Part shown: piece after piece, positions 57,392 to 64,000 of the stretch
How positions within the stretch are numbered: the stretch's first letter is position 1
How the letters are laid out: every line of letters starts with the position of its first letter
Source: Chthoniobacteraceae bacterium
GTDB taxonomy: Bacteria; Verrucomicrobiota; Verrucomicrobiia; Chthoniobacterales; Chthoniobacteraceae
Direction: 5' to 3'
Assembly (NCBI GenBank): GCA_037190965.1
Contig: JBBCKI010000034.1
Location: 1 to 64,000, forward strand
Length of the DNA stretch: 64,000 bases
Position numbers and translations under genes: made by a program
The notes under the pieces: model-generated
Seen by the model: only the letters and a program-made list of their open reading frames with translations
Told to the model about the DNA's origin: nothing
The model's database searches: none

Positions 57392-59563
57392 ATGGAACTC
57401 CCGAAATGCGGTATGTGGATAGGCACCGGTGTCTATCCGATGAGCAAAGACTATTTTGTCTCCGGTCTCTACGCTCACCAGGCGTGGACCCCTCAGAACT
57501 ATTCTCCGTTGGAGATGATTGACCTGATCCTTAAGGACAATCAGGGAAATCTCGCTCAAGTCTGGGGCTATGGACGTGGGTACGCACCCGCTACGATTGC
57601 CGAATGGGACTACGCTTTGGATGAAATGGGCATTTCGATTCCTTTTCCGGATTGGGAGAAAGGAACGAACATCCGGAGGCAGGATACGCCGGAACTCGAC
57701 AATCATCGGAATCGCCGCGGGGCGGGAGCGCTTCGTTTCATCCGGGAGGCCGCAAAGAAAGACCTCTACACGCTTTTCATCTACGTCGATGCGAGCAAGG
57801 AGTGGTCGAGCCAGTTCCAGAAGGTCGGCGGCAAGCATTACCTTGGCTACGATTTCGGCGAACGCTTCCACTTTGGCATTACGGACCGCAATTTGGAGGG
57901 GAAGAAGCTTGAGGACGTTACGCTGAAGGTCCTTGCCGACGACTTGGTGGAGCGCGTCAGCAAGCATGTCGACCAGCGCCATGCGGATGGGTGGGGGAAC
58001 GTGATGGCGACCAGCACGAACTTCTACATCGACTACGAGGTTGCCGCCGGGACAGACGTGCCGTTGATTGAAGACTTCGCTTTCGAACATCTCAACATGG
58101 CGTCTGCGCTCTCCCGTGGGCTTTATCGCCAGTATAAGCTACCCCTCTGGGGCTCGCATATGGCTCATGAGCATTACTCATGGATCCCCAACTCCAGCGA
58201 CTTCAAGTTCTTTCTCCTGAAGGCGGGCATGTACCAGAAATACATGGCGGGTTGCAAAATCATCATTAACGAAAGCGGGAACTGGTTCGTGGAGGCCTCG
58301 CTCTGTGAGGACTCGCCCAAGCACGAATTCCCGATCGTTCCCCTCAAGCCGAATGAGGTCTCCTGGGGCGGTCACACGCCTCCAAATTTCATTCCCTATA
58401 TCGAAGAGGCGAGGAAGCATTACCATAAGATCGACTACACCGGAGAGGTTCCACGGAAGTATCGGAAAGAGATTTCGGACTTTTATGATTTTGTAAAAGC
58501 CAACGGAACGCCATCCGGACAGCCCCAATCGACCATCGCGATTGCCAAGGGGAATCTTGATTTGTGCAATCATCGTTACAGCCCCAATGCAGCCGTGGCC
58601 GGGGCATTTGCTCTCGCCGATAAAAACCCCGCGTGGTTTGAAGGCGCTCCGGAACGTGGGTGGGAGATTGTGAAGGAAACCTTCTATCCCCGGCCTCCGG
58701 TCCTCGGGCAGTACCAGAACGCGTTTCTCTCCGGGAATCCGTTTGGAATGGTCGATATTGTCAGCTTCGCGCAGGATAACATCGACGCGGCCTTCCTTGC
58801 GGCAAACTACAAGGCTCTCCTCTTTTCGGGATGGAACACCTCCTCCCTGAAGCAATACGAGATTCTCAAAGCCTATGTCGAAAGCGGCGGGACTCTCTTT
58901 ATTTCGATTCCGCACCTCTCCACCAATGTCTCCCGCAACTACGGCGACTATGGAGTGGATGAGTTGGTCAACGGCGGCGACTTCTCGGCGTTGTGCGGGG
59001 TGAAGGTCAAGAAGCGCGGACGGAGAATCTATTGGGCGACGCCTCCGCGTGGCTCCGAAGCTTTGGGAGTCAAATATCCGCGGCGTTTCGGAATTCTTCA
59101 GAATTGCCTGGGGGAAATCGAAATCACCGATCCCACGGTCGAGGCGCTTATCGTCGACGACGAAGAGGCGGAGCCGCTGCTCTTGCGGCGCAAGCTGGGC
59201 AAGGGGACCGTCTATTTTCTGAACTCCTGGGGATACCCCGGAGCACTGAATGAAGATTTCGGCCCGGGGAGCCGCAGCGATTCAGTCGGGTTGATCGGCA
59301 CGATTTATCGGCATATCGCCAAGGAGGCACGCGGCGATGTCTGGATTACCGACGATCAGCATGATGCCGGCACGGAGTGTCGCTTTATCACGTTTTCCTA
59401 CTTTCCGGAGGACGGAACCATCTGTCTTCTGAACATCGACAACACAAACCCGCACAAGGCTTTTCTGCATCGGTGCGGAAAAGTTGAGCAGTTTGAATTG
59501 CAGCCTGGAGAATTCAGAATCATCAAGAGCAACCAGACCTCGGAAGGAAAAGGGAATCCATGA
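57392..59563 (+). CDS. Hypothetical glycoside-hydrolase-like protein
   Basis: YDFGE motif and a C-terminal GH42-trimerisation-like segment (LKAYVESGGTL...LGKGTVYF); no clear signal peptide. Confidence 0.55.
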   Translation: MELPKCGMWIGTGVYPMSKDYFVSGLYAHQAWTPQNYSPLEMIDLILKDNQGNLAQVWGYGRGYAPATIAEWDYALDEMGISIPFPDWEKGTNIRRQDTPELDNHRNRRGAGALRFIREAAKKDLYTLFIYVDASKEWSSQFQKVGGKHYLGYDFGERFHFGITDRNLEGKKLEDVTLKVLADDLVERVSKHVDQRHADGWGNVMATSTNFYIDYEVAAGTDVPLIEDFAFEHLNMASALSRGLYRQYKLPLWGSHMAHEHYSWIPNSSDFKFFLLKAGMYQKYMAGCKIIINESGNWFVEASLCEDSPKHEFPIVPLKPNEVSWGGHTPPNFIPYIEEARKHYHKIDYTGEVPRKYRKEISDFYDFVKANGTPSGQPQSTIAIAKGNLDLCNHRYSPNAAVAGAFALADKNPAWFEGAPERGWEIVKETFYPRPPVLGQYQNAFLSGNPFGMVDIVSFAQDNIDAAFLAANYKALLFSGWNTSSLKQYEILKAYVESGGTLFISIPHLSTNVSRNYGDYGVDELVNGGDFSALCGVKVKKRGRRIYWATPPRGSEALGVKYPRRFGILQNCLGEIEITDPTVEALIVDDEEAEPLLLRRKLGKGTVYFLNSWGYPGALNEDFGPGSRSDSVGLIGTIYRHIAKEARGDVWITDDQHDAGTECRFITFSYFPEDGTICLLNIDNTNPHKAFLHRCGKVEQFELQPGEFRIIKSNQTSEGKGNP

Positions 59564-61407
59564 GACACAGCAATCTTCGGTTGGCGATACTAACGGCTGC
59601 ATTTCTGACGAGTTCCCATTGGCCGCTAGCCGCCAAGAGTAAAATCAACTCTGCGGAAGCGCGTGTCCGGAGCGATATTGCGGATAGCAAGGCGAAGCCG
59701 CTTTCGGATCGCTTCGCATATTACACCGTCCCCGCGATGAGCAACGTCAAGCGGACGATGCACACCTATCCCGTGGATGGCACGCTGGGCGGACCGGTGC
59801 GGATCGTCGCCGCCAAGGGCGAGTTCGAACCCGCATCCGTCGTATTCTATCCGTTCGCCAATGCAGGGAAGGTGGAATTGAAAGTAAGCGAGCTGGTCGG
59901 AAAGAATGGGAAGATTCCGGCCTCCGCGCTCGATGTGAAGGTCGTCAAAGTCTGGTACCAGACCGGCACGGCATGGTATAGCTACTTTGCCGACACTGCC
60001 GGGCGTGAACTCGTCCCCGAGTTGCTGCTCAATGACGAGAGTCTCGTCAAAGTGGACCAGAAGACCCAGGACAACTACTTGCGCGTGGACCGGCCCAAAC
60101 CACGGGGGACCGAGTATGTGTGGATCAGCAATCCCATGCGGCTTGAGGTTCCCTTCAATGATCATCTTGAGCCGGTTTCCGATACGCCGACGCTTCAGCC
60201 CTTTGCTTTCACGGCGGGAGAGTTCAAGCAGATCTGGTTCACTCTTGAGGCCCCCGGAGACGCGGAGGGGGCCTATTCCGGCACCATCGCCGTCACGGTG
60301 GACGGCAAGCCGCAGGGGGCGATCCCGTTGGAGGTTGTCGTGCTGCCCTTCGAGCTTCCCGATCCTAAGACCAACTATGATCTTAGCCGGGAATATTATA
60401 CCTGCATCTATAACAACAACTACCTGAAGCTCTACCTCAAGAAGAATGGCGGCGACTTGGAAAAGGCAAAGAAACGCCTTTTCAACGAGTACGTCAATAT
60501 GCGCAAGCATAACCTGCTATATCCGATTCTCGACAATTACGATATGGGAGATGACTCCGTCTTGACGGAGCAGTTGGAGACCTACAAGAAGGCGGGCCTG
60601 AGAACCGACGCAATCTTCGGGGCTGTTCCCGCCATTCCCACCTACGATTGGATGATGTTGCCCGAGGTTCGGAGCAACCCCCTCGACAAACAGCCCGCTC
60701 CTCTCGACCTCTACGCCAGAATGGATCGTTCCGCAGAGATCGTTAAGAAGATCGTGGGGCACAGCAATATTTATGCGTTCGGTTGGGATGAACCGGCGAT
60801 GAACCTCCTGGTTTCCGAGCGGCTGCCCTGGAAGTACCTGCAGGAAAAGGGACTGAAGGTCTATACGACCGGGCATGATGGGCATTTGACCTATGGAGGT
60901 TACAATGAGGACTTCATCAACTATGGGGGAAGATATTCCAAGGAGACCTCGGCCAAATGGCATTCCGTAGGCACCAGGATCACCAACTACGCCGCTCCTC
61001 ATACCGGGCCGGAGAATCCCGATTTCGTTCGTAGAACGCACGGAATGGATACTTATCTGGCGGATTGCGACGGTACCAATAACTACATGCTCAACGGAAG
61101 CCCGTGGAATGATTTCGTGGGCGTGGAATACAATTTCCGGAGTTTCAACATGGTCTACCCGGGTATTGACGCTCCGATCGATACCCTCCAATGGGAAGGC
61201 TATCGTGAGGCGATCGATGACGTCAGGTACGCGACGTTGGTCCGGCAACTGGCCCAGAAAGCCATTGCCACCGGTAAAATTGACAACGTTTATCAGGGGC
61301 GGATGGCGCTCCAATGGCTGGCCGTGCTGGATCCGAAGACTTGCGATCTGAATGCCGCCCGGATGGAGATGATCTCCTATATCCTCAAACTCAAAAGCTT
61401 GCTGTAA
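59560..61407 (+). CDS. Secreted GH123/DUF4091-like glycoside hydrolase
   Basis: AAKGEFEPAS, GWDEP and WEGYREAIDDVRY motifs. Confidence 0.7.
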   Translation: MRHSNLRLAILTAAFLTSSHWPLAAKSKINSAEARVRSDIADSKAKPLSDRFAYYTVPAMSNVKRTMHTYPVDGTLGGPVRIVAAKGEFEPASVVFYPFANAGKVELKVSELVGKNGKIPASALDVKVVKVWYQTGTAWYSYFADTAGRELVPELLLNDESLVKVDQKTQDNYLRVDRPKPRGTEYVWISNPMRLEVPFNDHLEPVSDTPTLQPFAFTAGEFKQIWFTLEAPGDAEGAYSGTIAVTVDGKPQGAIPLEVVVLPFELPDPKTNYDLSREYYTCIYNNNYLKLYLKKNGGDLEKAKKRLFNEYVNMRKHNLLYPILDNYDMGDDSVLTEQLETYKKAGLRTDAIFGAVPAIPTYDWMMLPEVRSNPLDKQPAPLDLYARMDRSAEIVKKIVGHSNIYAFGWDEPAMNLLVSERLPWKYLQEKGLKVYTTGHDGHLTYGGYNEDFINYGGRYSKETSAKWHSVGTRITNYAAPHTGPENPDFVRRTHGMDTYLADCDGTNNYMLNGSPWNDFVGVEYNFRSFNMVYPGIDAPIDTLQWEGYREAIDDVRYATLVRQLAQKAIATGKIDNVYQGRMALQWLAVLDPKTCDLNAARMEMISYILKLKSLL

Positions 61408-61427
61408 ACCACCTGGGTATTTGCACA

Positions 61428-63725
61428 ATGAACTCAAAAGCTATGTCCAAACGTTCCCTATTCAGTACGCGGTTTGTGAGGGGGATCTCCTGTTGTTCGA
61501 TCGGGGCTGCTTTGCTTTTTACCACAGCGTTCAACGCGGGCGCTTTCGAAAATGCGGCGGACGCGATGAAGTCGGCTCGCGAGAAACTCAAGGCCTCGGA
61601 TTTTGTCGGGGCCTCCAAGGATGCCGACGAGGCCGCTCGTCTTGCCGGGGCTAATATCGCACAGCGTGCCGACGCGCTGTTTTTTAAGGCGCAGGTCGCG
61701 GAAGGTGAGAAGGACTATGCAAAAGCCTTGGCGGCGGTGGAGGCCGTTCTGGCCGAGCCGGAGCTCTCTCCAAATCATGCGTTTGGTGCAATCGTCAGGA
61801 AAGCTAACCTGCTTGGGAAGGAAGGGAAGAACGAGGAAGCGGCGAAGGTATTCCTCGACGCTGCCGCACACCCGAAGCTCCAAGCCCCCGCGGAAAAGTC
61901 GCGAGTTTTGAGTCAGTTCGCAGAGTTCCATGAGCGCAATAAGGAGCCAGAGAAAGCCGTGGAAATCTACGGGCAAATTCTGGCTGATGCCCAGACGCCG
62001 GTTTTATCGAAGGTCCACGCCCTGAGAAACCGGGCGAAGGTGAGGGTTAGCCAGTTTAAGTTCGACGAGGCGCAGGCCGACTATCAGGAAGCTCTTCGCA
62101 TTCCCGAACTCAAGACCCGGGATAGGGCGATTGTCCTGGGTGACGTTGCGCGAGCATTTTCAGCGCAGGGGGATTCGGAGAAGGCGCTGGAAACCTATGC
62201 CAAGATTCTTGAGGTTGAAGGCTTGACCGATGAGGACAAGAAGGTGGTTTCCGAACGCACTCGCGGGTTCTACAAAAACATCGGTGATGCCAAGCGGATG
62301 AAGAGCCTTCTGGAAGCCCTGGGCGGCGCGAAAACAGCCAGGGAATTTGCGTGGTTGCGTGACTACGCCCAAGTGGCGGAAGCATCGGGGCTTTTGATCG
62401 AGGCCGTCGATATTTGGGGGCAGGCGTTGGCGCTGCCTGAGCTTCCGCCAAAAAATTACACGGAGGCAGCCCTTGGAAAAATGACTTCTCTCGCATCACT
62501 CGGCAGGCGGGAAGAGTTGGCAAAGTTTGCAAGTGAGGTTGCCGAAAATGCGGCATTGGATGAAGAGAGCCGATTCTCTGCCTCACTGATCAAAGCATCG
62601 TTTTCGTCCGGTAAGCCCTCCGTGCTGGCGGCAGGGGCTCTCCCCAAGTCTTCGCTTGATGCTGAAAAGAAGGCAAAGGCATTCGATGTTGCCGGCAAGC
62701 TGCTGATGAGGGTGGGCGATTTTGAGAATGCACGTTTCCTGGGGCATCAGGCAGAAGCCATGTTCCAGAAACGCCCCGAAGTCGTTTACGAGTGCCGCTT
62801 TGTCGATCAAGCGCCCAGTGGCGTGACGGGTTGGTTTGGCTCTTCCATTTTCAAGGATCCCGGGAGCAGGGAGAGTCGTTTCGAGCCTTATAACCAGGCG
62901 GCGGCTGCGAATCTAATCAATGACGTGAACGTCACGCGAAGCGTCGTCAGTGACGGTAAGGCTGGAACGGGTAACGCAGCCTTTTACATGGCTGGGGACG
63001 CCCGGGGCTGGCATATCTTTATCGACTATAAAGATGACCAGATCGAACAAGCGATGGCGGGCCTGGTCGGCGGCGGCAACCTGGAGATGTATTTTACCCC
63101 TGGCAAAGGGGAGTGCTATTATCAATTCATGATCGATGTCCCCGGGGGCAAGACCACGTTTATTCCCTGGACCTCTCCCCATCGGAACTATCGCAAACTG
63201 GATGACTACCTGCAGACACAGATTGCTCCGGTCAAGGACGGGCTGGGAGTCTCCCTGTTTATCCCCTGGGAGGTGGTTTATGACAAGCTCCCCAAGGAGG
63301 GCGAACTGTGGCCGTTCGGGCTCATTAATTTCGCCCGTCAAGGCGGCTTTACATGGGGAAGCGGCCAGACGCATGAAATGAGCCGGTTCGGGAAGGTCCG
63401 ATTTGTAGGAATCGAAAAGGCCCTGCCTGCCATTCGTCGCGCCATCGTCATGAAGGCCTTCGCGAATTACAAAGAGTCGGTCAGGGGTGCCAGGAGGTTC
63501 TGGAACGACGAGGTCAAGGGCGATCGCGCCTTTTTCAACAATGTGCTTGTTCCCGAGATTGCAAAACTCGATGAGCTGGGCAAGCGGGTCACCCCGGATA
63601 TGAGTAAGGAGGATGTAGAATTGCTCTTTGCCCAGGCTGTCCCGAACTGGATGGAATTCAACTACCTTGTGGCCGAGTTGCGGACTCAGTTCTTGAATGA
63701 TCGGCTGTTCTCGCAGGCGAATTAA
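61428..63725 (+). CDS. Secreted TPR protein with C-terminal DOMON/CBM9-like domain
   Basis: Repeated TPR-like helices; LEMYF...YYQF...IPWE motif. Confidence 0.7.
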   Translation: MNSKAMSKRSLFSTRFVRGISCCSIGAALLFTTAFNAGAFENAADAMKSAREKLKASDFVGASKDADEAARLAGANIAQRADALFFKAQVAEGEKDYAKALAAVEAVLAEPELSPNHAFGAIVRKANLLGKEGKNEEAAKVFLDAAAHPKLQAPAEKSRVLSQFAEFHERNKEPEKAVEIYGQILADAQTPVLSKVHALRNRAKVRVSQFKFDEAQADYQEALRIPELKTRDRAIVLGDVARAFSAQGDSEKALETYAKILEVEGLTDEDKKVVSERTRGFYKNIGDAKRMKSLLEALGGAKTAREFAWLRDYAQVAEASGLLIEAVDIWGQALALPELPPKNYTEAALGKMTSLASLGRREELAKFASEVAENAALDEESRFSASLIKASFSSGKPSVLAAGALPKSSLDAEKKAKAFDVAGKLLMRVGDFENARFLGHQAEAMFQKRPEVVYECRFVDQAPSGVTGWFGSSIFKDPGSRESRFEPYNQAAAANLINDVNVTRSVVSDGKAGTGNAAFYMAGDARGWHIFIDYKDDQIEQAMAGLVGGGNLEMYFTPGKGECYYQFMIDVPGGKTTFIPWTSPHRNYRKLDDYLQTQIAPVKDGLGVSLFIPWEVVYDKLPKEGELWPFGLINFARQGGFTWGSGQTHEMSRFGKVRFVGIEKALPAIRRAIVMKAFANYKESVRGARRFWNDEVKGDRAFFNNVLVPEIAKLDELGKRVTPDMSKEDVELLFAQAVPNWMEFNYLVAELRTQFLNDRLFSQAN

Positions 63726-63745
63726 AGAGACCGATATCCTATCGG

Positions 63746-63793
63746 AAAGCGGTGGTGGAACGGGGTTTTTCCGATCCTCCATCGCTTTTTTTT
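63746..63793 (+). terminator. Intrinsic terminator
   Basis: AAAGCGGTGG...CCATCGC followed by T8. Confidence 0.65.
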
Positions 63794-63812
63794 GCCCAGA
63801 TCTCCTCGTCGA

Positions 63813-63852
63813 TTGACACTTGATTGATTTCGAGTGTAAATTCGATTTCACA
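63813..63852 (+). promoter_or_regulatory. Sigma70 promoter with overlapping operator
   Basis: TTGACA-18-TAAATT; TGTAAA-TTCGAT-TTCACA at 63835-63852. Confidence 0.65.
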
Positions 63853-63887
63853 AACCGTTTTCCAGAACTTATTTCCCCTGTTCCCCC

Positions 63888-64000
63888 ATGAAGAAATCCG
63901 TTTCCCTACTCCTGTTTGTCTTGGGAGGTGCCTTGATCAACGCCAATGCAGCGTTGCCCCCCGGGGCCGAGGTCTCGCCGGCTGATAACTTGGTTGAAGA
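63888..64000 (+). CDS. Secreted protein, N-terminus only (truncated by window edge)
   Basis: MKKSVSLLLFVLGGALINANA signal peptide. Confidence 0.7.
   Translation, partial: MKKSVSLLLFVLGGALINANAALPPGAEVSPADNLVE

Overview
The window looks like Verrucomicrobiota (Chthoniobacter/Spartobacteria-like) chromosomal DNA, judged from the Verru_Chthon cassette and a PEP-CTERM protein. All calls are by eye; no database searches were run. Positions 1271-38773 hold an apparently complete ~37.5 kb lambda-like prophage inserted in tRNA-Arg(TCT) and bounded by a perfect 46-bp attL/attR repeat. Its modules are: tyrosine integrase; two secreted lysogeny proteins; an RHH-type switch region with no recognisable CI; ParB-like and recombination genes; replication genes with intragenic iterons; HTH and LmbU-like regulators; GpA terminase, portal, capsid and tail; a lysis cassette; and a P63C moron. 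Host DNA on the left has a HAPP-ending leader ORF and a small metal-binding protein. Host DNA on the right has a Tat oxidoreductase with apbE, a LacI regulator, a Verru_Chthon D-B-C-A pseudopilin-like cassette, a PEP-CTERM protein and several glycoside-hydrolase-like genes. Two unexplained signals stand out. (1) A GTTGACA-N14-16-ATG element precedes phage late genes, including a nested scaffold start; it is too close to the ATG to be a normal sigma70 -35, and a sigma4-like HTH gene carries the same element. (2) An 18-bp TGTAAA-N6-TTTACA operator is repeated at four host promoters, linking the Verru_Chthon cassette, the PEP-CTERM gene and the glycan-enzyme genes into one putative regulon. Other candidates are a tRNA-like phage RNA and a small secreted possible ApbE substrate.
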